From positions 3,386,993 through 3,450,992 of the forward strand of contig OY969934.1 in assembly GCA_963704725.1 (NCBI GenBank): a stretch of 64,000 bases of DNA, in the 5' to 3' direction. This document shows positions 55,041-64,000 of this stretch, one piece after another (the stretch's first letter is position 1; each line of letters starts with the position of its first letter). This DNA is from an uncultured Actinomycetes bacterium. GTDB lineage: Bacteria; Actinomycetota; UBA4738; HRBIN12. Under the pieces are notes generated by a model. The model saw only the letters and a program-made list of their open reading frames with translations, had not been told where the DNA came from and searched no databases. Position numbers and translations under genes: made by a program.

Positions 55041-56969
55041 ATGGAACCCGTCCGACAAGGATCGTCTCGCCACCGGGTGGTGGGCCTCCTCGCGGCCATG
55101 GTGGTGGCGTTCGCGGCCGCGATCGTCGCCGGAGGCGGGTTCGCGAACGCCGTGACCGGCTGCACCTACAACCCGGCGACCCAGACGATCAACATCACGA
55201 TCGACCCCGGCCAGACCGCGGCCGTGGCGGTCGAGAGCTCCGACTTCGGCCTCGACCCCGAGTCGCCCGCCGGGGCCATCCTGTTCGACGACAACGGGAC
55301 CGGCTTCGACGACGGCGATCTCAGCACCCAGTGCGGGAGCGCCTCGAACACCAACACCACGACCATCGTCGTCCTGGGCTCGCCGAGCGGCGGCGAGCGG
55401 TTCGCCATCGACAACCATGACGGCGCAGGGTTCGCGACCACGATCGGGTGGGCGATCGACCTCGGAGACGGCGCGCCCGACACATTCGTCATCGACGCGG
55501 GCAACGGCGACGACACGGTGACGCTCGGCGCCGGCGGGTTCACGCTGAACGGCGGGGCCGGCGAGCTCCTCGGGGCGGAGCTCGAGCAGGTCCTCGGCAA
55601 CGAGGGGGACGACACGATCGACGCCTCCGCGAAGACGACGGGGGTCCTGCTCGCGGGTCTGGGCGGCGTCGACACCCTGGTCGGCGGGGCCGCCGGCGAT
55701 CACCTGGTCGGCGGGGACGGGGACGACCGGCTCCTCGGCAGGGCGGGGGACGACATCCTCGACGGCGGCGACGGGACCGACCGCCTGTACGGCGGCGAGG
55801 GCACCGACACCTGCAACCTGGATCGGGCCTCGGCCAACTGCGACCCGAGCATCAGCGTCGCTCCGCTCACGGTGGCGCCGGGCGGCTCGCTGACCCTGTC
55901 CGGCGCCGGGTGGTATCCGGAGAACGGCGAGGTCGAGCTCTCCTTCGAACCCACCGGCGGCGGTCCGCCGCTGTCGCTTCCCCCGGCCCCGCCGGACCCG
56001 GCCGACTGGTCGATCGCGGCGACGCTCACCGCCCCCTCGGAGGGCGGCGAGTACTCGGTCGTGGCCTGTCAGCACTGCTCGGACCCGGACCCCGACGCCG
56101 AGCCGCAGACCCAGGCCATCACCGTCCAGGCCTCGACGGTCCAACCCACGGTCACCGTCGAACCGAACACCGTCCGCCCGGGCGACTCCGCCGTGATCTC
56201 GGGCGAGCGCTGGGATCCCGCGAACGGCCCAATCAGCCTCTTCGCGGAGCTTCCCGACGTGCCCGCCAGCGAGCCCCTCGCGACGGTGACGGCCGACACG
56301 GACGGTCGCTTCGAGCGCGCGTTCGAGGTGCCCGCGCTCCCCGACGGCTCTTTCGACCTCACCGCGTGCCAGCACTGCGGCGAGCCGAACGAGATCTCGA
56401 CCGGGACGTCGTTCACGGTCGAGCAGACGGCGACCACGGCCACGCTTCAGCTCCGGCCCCCGCAGGGCAGCGCGGGTGACCGCCTCGACGCGGTGGGCGA
56501 GGGATGGGACCCGGACGGGGGGAGGGTGCGCATCTTCGTCGACCCCTCCGCCTCCACGACCGAGCCGGACGTCCTCGCCCGCGTGCGGACCGACGGGTCC
56601 TTCTCGGTTCCCCTCGACGTGCCGGAGCTCGGCGGCGGCTCGTACACCGTGGTCGCGTGTCAGCAGTGCAACCGTCCGACGCGCATCGAGGCGACGGCCA
56701 CGCTGACGGTGCCGTCGCCCTCGCCGCTGCCGTGGATCGTGCTCGGTGCCGTCCTGTTGATCGTGGCCGGCGGAGGCGGCCTGTTCGTCCGGCGAGCGAT
56801 CCGCTCCCGCGGCCGGCCGCCGGCCGGACGGCCCGAGATCCACCTTCGCCCGGGGGAGCCGGAGGTGCGCCTCGTCCCCGAGCCGAACGGGGCGGCCCAT
56901 CACCATGTCCGGCTCGTCCCTCGCGCCGATCCGGGCGTCCAACGGATCCGGGAAAGGAGCCACCGATGA
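55041..56969 (+). CDS. Surface protein with RTX-type Ca-binding repeats, three Ig-like repeats and a C-terminal TM anchor
   Basis: Signal peptide; GGxGxDxL nonapeptides; three ~100-aa repeats, each with G..W.P..G near the start and ACQ(H/Q)C near the end; TM helix and tail. Confidence 0.88.
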   Translation: MEPVRQGSSRHRVVGLLAAMVVAFAAAIVAGGGFANAVTGCTYNPATQTINITIDPGQTAAVAVESSDFGLDPESPAGAILFDDNGTGFDDGDLSTQCGSASNTNTTTIVVLGSPSGGERFAIDNHDGAGFATTIGWAIDLGDGAPDTFVIDAGNGDDTVTLGAGGFTLNGGAGELLGAELEQVLGNEGDDTIDASAKTTGVLLAGLGGVDTLVGGAAGDHLVGGDGDDRLLGRAGDDILDGGDGTDRLYGGEGTDTCNLDRASANCDPSISVAPLTVAPGGSLTLSGAGWYPENGEVELSFEPTGGGPPLSLPPAPPDPADWSIAATLTAPSEGGEYSVVACQHCSDPDPDAEPQTQAITVQASTVQPTVTVEPNTVRPGDSAVISGERWDPANGPISLFAELPDVPASEPLATVTADTDGRFERAFEVPALPDGSFDLTACQHCGEPNEISTGTSFTVEQTATTATLQLRPPQGSAGDRLDAVGEGWDPDGGRVRIFVDPSASTTEPDVLARVRTDGSFSVPLDVPELGGGSYTVVACQQCNRPTRIEATATLTVPSPSPLPWIVLGAVLLIVAGGGGLFVRRAIRSRGRPPAGRPEIHLRPGEPEVRLVPEPNGAAHHHVRLVPRADPGVQRIRERSHR

Positions 56970-57598
56970 TCGAGGAAGCCGACGGCGGGCCGACGCTCCG
57001 CCGGATCCTGTTCGACGACGGCGGCGGCGGTGACCTCGACGAACCCGCGGACGCCGCCGGAGCCACCGGCGCGATCGACGGCCGGCTCGGCGCCCTGCCG
57101 CCGGGCCTGCGAGCGGCCGCGCGTGCGGAGATCCTGAAGGTCATCGCCGGCGTCCTCGACCAGGGCCTGGCCGACGTGCTCGCCGCCGGCTGGCGAAGAT
57201 GGGACGAGATCTCCGCCGCCGCGCGACGCAGCCTCGAGACGCCCGGGTCGAGAGAGATCGTGGAGCTGGCCGACCACGAGATCACCTCGACCCACCGCCC
57301 CAGCGTCGACGTCACGTTCGACGGGAAGAAGATCACCGAGATCGAGGCGACGATCGAGCTCGCGGCGGAGCTCCACGCCGTCACGGCGGTCGTCGCCGGC
57401 GGCCGCCTGACCGCCCTGCGCACCGGCCGGGCGGACGTCTCGGCCTCGCTGGCCATCGTCGGCGTCGAGGTGGCGAAGCGGTCCTGCCGGGTGGAGCTGC
57501 CGATCGAGGTCGGACTCGGCGCGGGCATCCCCCTGGTCGAACGGCCTGAGATCGTGGTCCTGCCGGCGGCCCCGGCCGACGAGCCGATGCCGCTCTGA
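56966..57598 (+). CDS. Hypothetical soluble protein coupled to the RTX/Ig protein
   Basis: SD AAGGAG, ATGA overlap; MIEEADGG...GWRRW...HEITSTHRPSV, beta-rich C-terminal half. Confidence 0.85.
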   Translation: MIEEADGGPTLRRILFDDGGGGDLDEPADAAGATGAIDGRLGALPPGLRAAARAEILKVIAGVLDQGLADVLAAGWRRWDEISAAARRSLETPGSREIVELADHEITSTHRPSVDVTFDGKKITEIEATIELAAELHAVTAVVAGGRLTALRTGRADVSASLAIVGVEVAKRSCRVELPIEVGLGAGIPLVERPEIVVLPAAPADEPMPL

Positions 57599-57793
57599 GA
57601 CGACACGGCCCGGGCGCGCTCGGCGAGGAGTCGGCCCCCGGCACGGATGTCACCATCCTGGCGTCGGAAGGTCCAACGACTCTGGCAGACAGCCCGCGGC
57701 GCGCCTGGCGTGGGATTCCCGGACGAGCTGCTCGAGGTAGGGCTGCCGGTCCCCGACCGCTGATCGGTGCGCCCTCGGCCGCCGCGGGCGGCG

Positions 57794-58570
57794 TTAGCCG
57801 CCGTTCCACGGGTCGTGGGGGTGGAAGGAGGCGACGAGCTCGGGCCCACCGGACACCGGCGCGAGGTGGAGCTCCCTCACCGCGTCGAGATCGACGGGGA
57901 TGTCCCGGCCCCACGAGGCCCACGCCCCGCCCAGCCGCGCCTGTCCGAGCGGAACGTCACGACCGTCGGCGGTGACGAGCCAGACGCGGAACGTCCGTGC
58001 GTCGCCGCCCGGCGCGGGCGTCGAGACGAACACCCACGACGGGTTGCCGGCGTAGCCCCACGCGGTGCCGACCTCTCGGGTGCCCTCGCGCAGCGGCGAG
58101 GCGGCGAAGAACGACCCGTGGCCCACCCCGAGCAGCGCCCGGTAGTCGCCTGCGACGCGCCGATCTCCCGCCGTCCCCGCGAACATCGCCCCGGCGCCGA
58201 CCGCGATCGCGAGCACGAAGCCCGCCGCCACGGCCAGGGGTCTCGTCCACGCGCGGCGGGAGGCGCGCGTGCGTCGGGAGGCGCGCGTCCGTCGGGCCGC
58301 CGCGAGCGACACCGGCGGGGCCGGCGCCGGTCCCTCGGCCAGCTCCATCGCGCCGAGCACGCGGGACTCGAGCCCCTCGGGCGGCTCGTGCTCGGGCGCG
58401 AGCAGCAGCAGATCGTCGGCCATCGACGACAGCTCCGAGACGAGGCGCCGGCACGACGCGCAGCTTCCGACGTGCCGCAGGCTCGCATCGCGTTCGAGAC
58501 CGTCGGCGACGTCGAGCGCCAGCTCGGGCGCCAGGGCGACGACCTCCTCGCAGCTCATCTCACGTACCAT
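57794..58570 (-). CDS. Zinc-finger anti-sigma factor (ZAS, RskA-like)
   Basis: C...HVGSCASC, PP.GL..RV, one TM helix, extracellular domain. Confidence 0.88.
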   Translation of the reverse strand: MVREMSCEEVVALAPELALDVADGLERDASLRHVGSCASCRRLVSELSSMADDLLLLAPEHEPPEGLESRVLGAMELAEGPAPAPPVSLAAARRTRASRRTRASRRAWTRPLAVAAGFVLAIAVGAGAMFAGTAGDRRVAGDYRALLGVGHGSFFAASPLREGTREVGTAWGYAGNPSWVFVSTPAPGGDARTFRVWLVTADGRDVPLGQARLGGAWASWGRDIPVDLDAVRELHLAPVSGGPELVASFHPHDPWNGG

Positions 58571-59129
58571 CGCCCACCCCCAGCTCCGTTCGCAGCTTCA
58601 AGAGCCCGGCCCGGACCCTCGACTTCACGGTCCCGAGCGGCACGCCGTCCAGGTCGCTCATCTCTTGCGCGGTGTAGCCGTAGAACGCCGCGAGCACGAG
58701 CGGGCGGCGCTGCTCCTCGGGGAGCCGGCGGACCGCCTCGCGCAGGGACCCGTCCTCGTCCGCGTCCGTGCCGCCCCGCTCGCCGCGGGTCTGGACCAGA
58801 CCGACGAGGTCGTCGGGGTCGACGGGCTCGATGCCGCGCGACGGCAGCATGTTCAGCGCCGCGTTCCGGGCGATCGTGAGCAGCCACGCGGCCACCTTGC
58901 CCCGCCGCGGGTCGAAGGACGAGGCGTGCCGCCACGCGCGCACGAACGTTTCCTGCGCCGCCTCCTCGGCCGCCCCCCGGTCCCGCAGGATCGACAGGGT
59001 CAGGCCGAACACGCGCCGCTCGAACCGCCGGACGAACTCGGCGGCCGCCGCGGCGTCCCCCGAGCCCATGCCGGCGAGCAGCGCCTCGTCCGAGGGCGTC
59101 AGCAGGGCGATCGGGTCGGGGGTTGCCAC
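58560..59129 (-). CDS. ECF sigma-70 factor (SigK-like)
   Basis: DEALL, AEEAAQETFVRAWR.A..FDP.RG, WLLTIARN, LPEEQR, GVPLGTVKSR; start at GTG 59129, just downstream of the promoter. Confidence 0.93.
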   Translation of the reverse strand: MATPDPIALLTPSDEALLAGMGSGDAAAAAEFVRRFERRVFGLTLSILRDRGAAEEAAQETFVRAWRHASSFDPRRGKVAAWLLTIARNAALNMLPSRGIEPVDPDDLVGLVQTRGERGGTDADEDGSLREAVRRLPEEQRRPLVLAAFYGYTAQEMSDLDGVPLGTVKSRVRAGLLKLRTELGVGDGT

Positions 59130-59134
59130 GGGAG

Positions 59135-59220
59135 GTACTACCGGCCGAAGGGGCCCTTCGGATCGTTCTCGAGTGGATTTCGCCCGGATCGATCCGCCGG
59201 CGCCCCGCTCCCGGTAGTAC
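59135..59220. promoter_or_regulatory. Back-to-back identical ECF promoters
   Basis: CGATCC-N17-GGTAGTAC on + (59190-59220) and on - (59165-59135). Confidence 0.85.
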
Positions 59221-59250
59221 CCGCCGTTCACCGACGGGAAGGAGTCGACC

Positions 59251-59715
59251 ATGCGGGGAACGAAGGGACGGGTGCGCCTGCTCGGGGCCGTGTTCGCGAT
59301 CGGGATCTTCGCGGCCGCGTGCTCCAGCGCGGGCGCGAGCACCGGGAGCGGCGGGATGTCGCTCTCGATCACGTCGCCGGGCGACGGCGCCACGGTCTCG
59401 GAGCCGTTCACGGTCACGTTCGACGCGAGCGTGCCGATCGGCGACCCGAGCACCGGCGACCACCACGTGCACCTGTGCTTCGACGGAGGGAGCTGCGACG
59501 ACGTGGCGGGGTCCGTGATCGCGTACGCGAACTCGGCCCAGGTCACCGGGCTCTCGCCGGGGACGCACACGATCGAGGCGTCGCTGCGCAACGCCGATCA
59601 CTCCGACGCCGGCGTGAGCGCCACCATCACGGTCACCGTGAGCGGCGGCGGATCCAGCAGCTCGGGCGGCGCGACGACGACGGGCACGACCGGCGGCCGA
59701 GGGTATGGCTACTGA
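59251..59715 (+). CDS. Lipoprotein with Ig-like domain and His motif
   Basis: AAAC lipobox, ITSPGDGATV, GDHHVHLCFDG, PGTHTI...ADHS, GGRGYGY tail. Confidence 0.88.
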   Translation: MRGTKGRVRLLGAVFAIGIFAAACSSAGASTGSGGMSLSITSPGDGATVSEPFTVTFDASVPIGDPSTGDHHVHLCFDGGSCDDVAGSVIAYANSAQVTGLSPGTHTIEASLRNADHSDAGVSATITVTVSGGGSSSSGGATTTGTTGGRGYGY

Positions 59716-60502
59716 GCCGCTGACCCGTCACCCCCGGCGCGTCCGGTGGCTCCACGCGTCCGTCGCGCTCACCACGCTCGGGCTGCTGTGGACGGGATGG
59801 TGGCTGCTGCTGGGCGAGGAGGGCAGGCCGAGCCTCCTCGCCCGCGCGTTCGGCGTCGCCGACATCCGCGTCCACGTCTGGGCGGGGCGGGCGCTGGCGG
59901 TCGTGGCGGTCGTCGCGCTCGTGGTCGGATGGCGTGGCGCGCGGACGTTCGTGCGCGAGACATTCCGGCGCGACCGCGGCGACGCGCGCTGGTGGCGGCG
60001 ATGGCCGCTCGGCGCGCTGACGGGGCGGTTCGCGCGGCACGAGGGCGCGTTCGACCCCGGCCAGCGCGTGGCCAACGTCGTGATCGTCGGCGGGCTCCTG
60101 ATGCTGACGGGGACCGGGATCGCGCTCACGATGCTGCACGGCGGTCCGGTCTTCGCGGTGCTCGCGAAGATCCACCTGTGGACGGCGGTCGTCGTGACGC
60201 CGGTGATCCTCGGCCACGTGCTGATCGCGATCGGCGTGCTCCCCGGTTACCGCGGCGTGTGGCGGGCGATGTTCCGCGGCGGAAGGGTTCGCGAGGAGAC
60301 GGCCCGCCGGGTGTGGCCGGGCTGGACCGAGCGCGTCCTCGCCGAAGAGGGATCGACGGCCGGATCGGTCACGGACCATGGCGATACCGATGGAGGTACC
60401 GGCGGGCTCGCAGACGTCGCGGCTATCCCCGGATCAGCTCCGCGGCCCCGACCACGAGCGCGGCGATCCAGACGGCGTGCAACAGGAACTTCGCCCTCGT
60501 GA
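59705..60502 (+). CDS. Cytochrome b (FdnI/HyaC-like) membrane protein
   Basis: RWLH, HVWAG, FDPGQR, IHL...GHV give four heme-type His on TM helices; G.WRAM..G.V. Confidence 0.85.
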   Translation: MATEPLTRHPRRVRWLHASVALTTLGLLWTGWWLLLGEEGRPSLLARAFGVADIRVHVWAGRALAVVAVVALVVGWRGARTFVRETFRRDRGDARWWRRWPLGALTGRFARHEGAFDPGQRVANVVIVGGLLMLTGTGIALTMLHGGPVFAVLAKIHLWTAVVVTPVILGHVLIAIGVLPGYRGVWRAMFRGGRVREETARRVWPGWTERVLAEEGSTAGSVTDHGDTDGGTGGLADVAAIPGSAPRPRPRARRSRRRATGTSPS

Positions 60503-60986
60503 ATCGCTCGGCATCGACCACCGCGCGCGGGTCGGCGCGGCCGGGTTCCTCCCCCGCCGGCCTCGCGCGCGTCGCCACCAGCAGCGCGGCGTCCTCGAGG
60601 GCGTCCGCCGCTCCCGCGAAGACCGGCGACACGTCGAGCGCCCACAGCCACCACCGGTCGACGCCGTAGGCTCGTCCGAAGACCCCGTCCATCAGCACGA
60701 ACCCGGCGAGGCCGAACAGCACCGCGTACACCATGTCCCACCAGAGCTGGAGGCGGTAGACGTGGCGGCCGTCCGGGCCGGCGTCGGCCATGTACTGGAA
60801 GACCTCGCCCGCCGTGTACAGGCGGCGTGACCAGATCCGCACGTTCCCCTCCGGGACCCGGCGCCCCGTCCGCCGTCGCATCACGGCGGCGTAGCCGCCG
60901 AACAGGAACAGCAGGTTCAGCGCGACGACGGCGACGCCCGCGATCACCGTCACCCACGCGCGCCCGTCCGAGCCGAAGACGTTCAC
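60423..60986 (-). CDS. 4-TM hypothetical protein coupled to the phospholipase gene
   Basis: GTGA overlap; YT..EV...G..GR..Y, D..Y, ADALED, T.AKF motifs. Confidence 0.82.
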   Translation of the reverse strand: MNVFGSDGRAWVTVIAGVAVVALNLLFLFGGYAAVMRRRTGRRVPEGNVRIWSRRLYTAGEVFQYMADAGPDGRHVYRLQLWWDMVYAVLFGLAGFVLMDGVFGRAYGVDRWWLWALDVSPVFAGAADALEDAALLVATRARPAGEEPGRADPRAVVDAERFTRAKFLLHAVWIAALVVGAAELIRG

Positions 60987-63244
60987 GGGGCCAGGCCGCC
61001 TTCGAAACCCTCGCGGACCGCGTGCTGGCCGAGGGCTCGGTAGCTCTCGAAGGTCATCTCGTTGAAGAACTGATCGGTCGTCGGGTGGCTCGGGAACCGC
61101 GCGTCCCGTTCCTTGTACGCGAGGACCTCGATCGGGAGGTTCTCGCAGATCGCCGCCTTCACGAACAGGATCGTGCCCTCGACGCCGTTCGGATACGTGA
61201 AGGTCCCCCGGATGCAGCACCTCGAGCTCGGCTGGTCCTCGCCGGGCGGCGTGAGCGGGCCCAGGTTCAAGTGGAACTCCACGCCGAGGTCGGCGCGGGC
61301 CAGGTCGATGGCCTCCGAGAGCGTGTTGAAGTGGTGGACGTCGTCGCCGGCCGCGTCGAGGCACACGATCCTGCCGCACCCCCGGCGCAGGAGCTCCACC
61401 AGGCCGAGGTTCTCGAAGTGCCCGCCGTCGGTCACGTAGACGTGCTGGTCGCGCAGGCTGTTCATGCCGAGCGCCTCGAAGAACACGTATTTCATGCCCG
61501 GGCGCCGGAAGGGCCTATCGACGCGCACGCGCGCCGCGTCGGCGTCCCTGAGCGGGCTCACGATCGGCTCCGCGAGCTGCCGCTCGGCCCACACGTCGAG
61601 GGCGGTGAACCGGTCCCACCCCTCGCGACCGGGGTTCGGGAGCCAGACGCCGAGCCGCAGATCGAACAACGCCATCGCGAAGCGCAGACCCGCCCTGGTC
61701 ATCTTCCCCATGCTCGGCGCGACGGCCGCCCCGGAGATGGCCATCCCGGCCGGCAGCGTGACGGTCCCGAGCTTGGTCCGCTGCTCCATCGACGTCGTTC
61801 GGACGTATCCCGTCACCGGGCCGCCCATGAAGTCCTTCTCGAACGTGAACGACGCCCCGCCGCGGCCCGGCGGAACGACCTCCGACGCGTTCACGTTGGC
61901 GCAGACCACCAGCCGGGGAAGGGCGGCCGGGCCGGTCTCGCATCGGTCGAGGTCCGAGAACTTCAGGGCCTCCGACCACGGAAGCTGGTCGTAGCCCAGC
62001 TCCTGGTAAGCCCCCCGCGTCCGCTTCCCGATGAACGCCGTGGCGAGCCGCTCGCGATAGAAGAGGTGCGGGAGCGACGTGGTCTCGTTCGTGAACAGGA
62101 AGGCGACGAACAGCAGGGCGGACATCGCGAGCACCGACGTCTGAGCGGTCAGCCCGAACCCGTGGGCCATCGACTTCGGGGCGCCGGAGAACAGGTGCGG
62201 GCCGCCCTGGGCGATCCAGTAGGTGAAGCCCAGGAACGGCAGCAGGACCACGATCGGCGTCAGCAGGAGCGTCGCGATCGTGCCGAAGGTCTTCGCCTTG
62301 CCCTTGCTCACCAGCCGGACCAGCGCGACGAGCCCTCCCACCAGGCCGCCCTGGACGCCGAGCGCCGTCAGGGTCTTCCCCAGACCGTTCAGGTCGAACG
62401 GCCGGGTGTGCAGCAGGAGCAATCCGGCGGGCACGAGCACGAGGAAGAAGGCGGCGAAACCCACGGCGCAGAACCACCACAGCGCCCAGCCCTGGAGGAC
62501 GCCGATCGCATCGTCGTCGGGGTTCGACCACCCCTGGACCCATTGCCGGCAGATCACGAACGCGATCGTGAGCAGGAGGGCGCCGAGAACGATCCACAGG
62601 AACGGTTCGAGGCTGACCTGCTGGCCCGGCGGGACCGGTGGCGCCTTCTCGCACGGGAGCGCGTATCCCGCGCAGGCGCCGAGCGACCTGCCGAGCCAGC
62701 GGGTCATGGTCATGCCGGTCGCCCAGGCGGCGAGGTAGAGGATCACGACGAACGGGAGCAGGTGTCGGATCATGCCGCCGACGAGGTTGATCGCCGCCCA
62801 GATCCGCCCGACGAGGCCCGGGGTCAGGTAGTCGAGGTGGCTCCGGAGGTGACGCTCCTCGGGCGATCCGATCTCGTAGGGCGCGAACGCGGCGAACGGG
62901 TTCGTGGGATCGTCCGCGCACGCCGCGCCCGAGACCGACTTGCTCACGAGGACCTCGTGAGCGATCGCGATGTACCCGCCGCCGGAGACGCAGGTGAGGT
63001 AATCGGCCTTCCCGAGCCACGCTCGCGCCCGGAGCTCCTGAAGCGCGCCCAGGCAATAGGCGGCAGACCGGATGCCCCCGCCCGAGCACGAGATCCCCCT
63101 ACGGTCCTCGCTCGGGCGGTCGAGGTACTGGGCCCAATCGAGCTCGGGATCCGGCGCCGAAGGCCGGACGCGCTCGACCGCGCCCATGCCCGCGGTTTTC
63201 TCGTAAGGGGAGTAGCTCCCCGGCGATCCGGTCCGCTCGCGCAC
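60983..63244 (-). CDS. Membrane-embedded patatin/cPLA2-like phospholipase
   Basis: SGGGIRSA oxyanion motif, CVSGG nucleophile, TDGGHFENLG catalytic Asp, FP...T.DQFF; several TM helices inserted. Confidence 0.88.
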   Translation of the reverse strand: MRERTGSPGSYSPYEKTAGMGAVERVRPSAPDPELDWAQYLDRPSEDRRGISCSGGGIRSAAYCLGALQELRARAWLGKADYLTCVSGGGYIAIAHEVLVSKSVSGAACADDPTNPFAAFAPYEIGSPEERHLRSHLDYLTPGLVGRIWAAINLVGGMIRHLLPFVVILYLAAWATGMTMTRWLGRSLGACAGYALPCEKAPPVPPGQQVSLEPFLWIVLGALLLTIAFVICRQWVQGWSNPDDDAIGVLQGWALWWFCAVGFAAFFLVLVPAGLLLLHTRPFDLNGLGKTLTALGVQGGLVGGLVALVRLVSKGKAKTFGTIATLLLTPIVVLLPFLGFTYWIAQGGPHLFSGAPKSMAHGFGLTAQTSVLAMSALLFVAFLFTNETTSLPHLFYRERLATAFIGKRTRGAYQELGYDQLPWSEALKFSDLDRCETGPAALPRLVVCANVNASEVVPPGRGGASFTFEKDFMGGPVTGYVRTTSMEQRTKLGTVTLPAGMAISGAAVAPSMGKMTRAGLRFAMALFDLRLGVWLPNPGREGWDRFTALDVWAERQLAEPIVSPLRDADAARVRVDRPFRRPGMKYVFFEALGMNSLRDQHVYVTDGGHFENLGLVELLRRGCGRIVCLDAAGDDVHHFNTLSEAIDLARADLGVEFHLNLGPLTPPGEDQPSSRCCIRGTFTYPNGVEGTILFVKAAICENLPIEVLAYKERDARFPSHPTTDQFFNEMTFESYRALGQHAVREGFEGGLAP

Positions 63245-63419
63245 GCTGCCACCTCACACAGGGTGTGATCTCGTCGCGGGCGCGCGCATCCTGGCACGGA
63301 TCCCACCCGGGCGCGAATCGTGCACGCCGGCGAGCGCGGGTCTATCGCCGCGTTGCCCGAGCGCAGGGATTTCACGTACGCTTCGCCGCCATCGACCCTC
63401 AGCGAGGAAGGAGCCACAC

Positions 63420-63746
63420 GTGGAGGCCTTCGCGGTCCCGATCAAGCCGGGCAAGGATGAGGCGTGGAAGTCCTGGGTGGCCGAGGCGACGGGCGCCCGC
63501 AAGGCCGGGTTCGACGACATGAACGAGCGCATGGGGCTGACGACGCATGCGGCGTGGCTCCAGCAGAACCCCGACGGCAGCCAGCTCGCGATCGTCGTGC
63601 TCGACGGCCCCGGCGCCTCGGGGTTCCTCGGCAAGGTCGCCACCTCGGATCACGAGTTCGACGCCTGGTTCCGGACGAACATCGAGGACATCCACCCGAT
63701 GGACTTCTCGGCGCCTCCGCCGCCGGCGCCGGTGCGCTTCCTCTAG
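63420..63746 (+). CDS. Small hypothetical protein (dimeric alpha-beta barrel-like)
   Basis: SD AAGGAG; PIKPGK..AW, WLQ..P.G, SDHEFDAWF. Confidence 0.8.
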   Translation: MEAFAVPIKPGKDEAWKSWVAEATGARKAGFDDMNERMGLTTHAAWLQQNPDGSQLAIVVLDGPGASGFLGKVATSDHEFDAWFRTNIEDIHPMDFSAPPPPAPVRFL

Positions 63747-63759
63747 ACGGGCGGGCGGA

Positions 63760-64000
63760 TCAGCCCGCCGGTGGCGAGCAGGTCGAGCAGTCGAGCGCGA
63801 TCGCGGCCTCGCCGGTCACCGGGAACGGCCCGCCGTCGGTCGTGTCGACGGCCGTCCGAAGCTCGGCGTGGGTCGGGCTCGTGCGCGGAACGACGTACGT
63901 CGTGGCCATCGCGCCCTGGACGCCGACCCAGTCGCCGGGCGGCTCGATGCCCGTCTGGATGAACCGGAGCTCGAGCATGCTCGCGGATGCCGTCCCCTCG
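63760..64000 (-). CDS. 3' end of a hypothetical gene running off the window
   Basis: Frame is open to the window edge; no family recognised. Confidence 0.5.
   Translation of the reverse strand, partial: EGTASASMLELRFIQTGIEPPGDWVGVQGAMATTYVVPRTSPTHAELRTAVDTTDGGPFPVTGEAAIALDCSTCSPPAG

Noticed and set aside
56060-56675. Multiheme cytochrome c from three CxxC motifs
   Set aside because: Motifs are CQHCS, CQHCG and CQQCN, not CxxCH.
57599-57793. Possible 38-aa ORF or ncRNA between convergent genes
   Set aside because: No well-placed SD, no motif and no convincing structure.
1-64000. tRNA, rRNA, CRISPR array, IS/integrase, prophage
   Set aside because: None recognised by eye; intergenic gaps are short and mostly explained.

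Overview
High-GC, actinobacterial-looking chromosomal window (leaderless TANNNT-N6-start genes, F420-type LLM enzyme, ECF/anti-sigma pair; taxonomy is inference). I saw no rRNA, tRNA, CRISPR array, transposase or prophage. Layout: (i) 5' part of topA, DedA, GNAT, tryptophanase-like lyase. (ii) A ~23-kb potassium/cation homeostasis island (5.2-28.5 kb). It holds two KimA/YdaO-type K+ transporters that each appear to carry a tandem-duplicated cytosolic domain, two KdpD-kinase/KdpE pairs lacking the KdpD N-terminal module, and one stand-alone KdpD-N/USP protein. It also holds kdpFABC with an extra upstream peptide, two TrkA/RCK proteins without a TrkH, an OB-fold protein, a K+-independent-type H+-PPase, a CBS + ArsB/NhaD pair, and nhaA with a small structured leader. 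Two promoters in the island share the same 11/21/11-spaced hexamer array. (iii) LCP, two divergent CaCA antiporters (one behind a yybP-ykoY riboswitch), a DUF1998 helicase, flippase, ABC exporter and amine oxidase. (iv) Small regulatory modules whose DNA sites are visible in the sequence: an OmpR pair, a NarL pair with two paralogous secreted proteins, and an ECF/anti-sigma with twin divergent promoters. Also here: an RTX/Ig-repeat surface protein with a coupled partner, and a membrane cPLA2/patatin-like gene with a coupled 4-TM partner. Family calls come from motif recognition only; no database searches were run.
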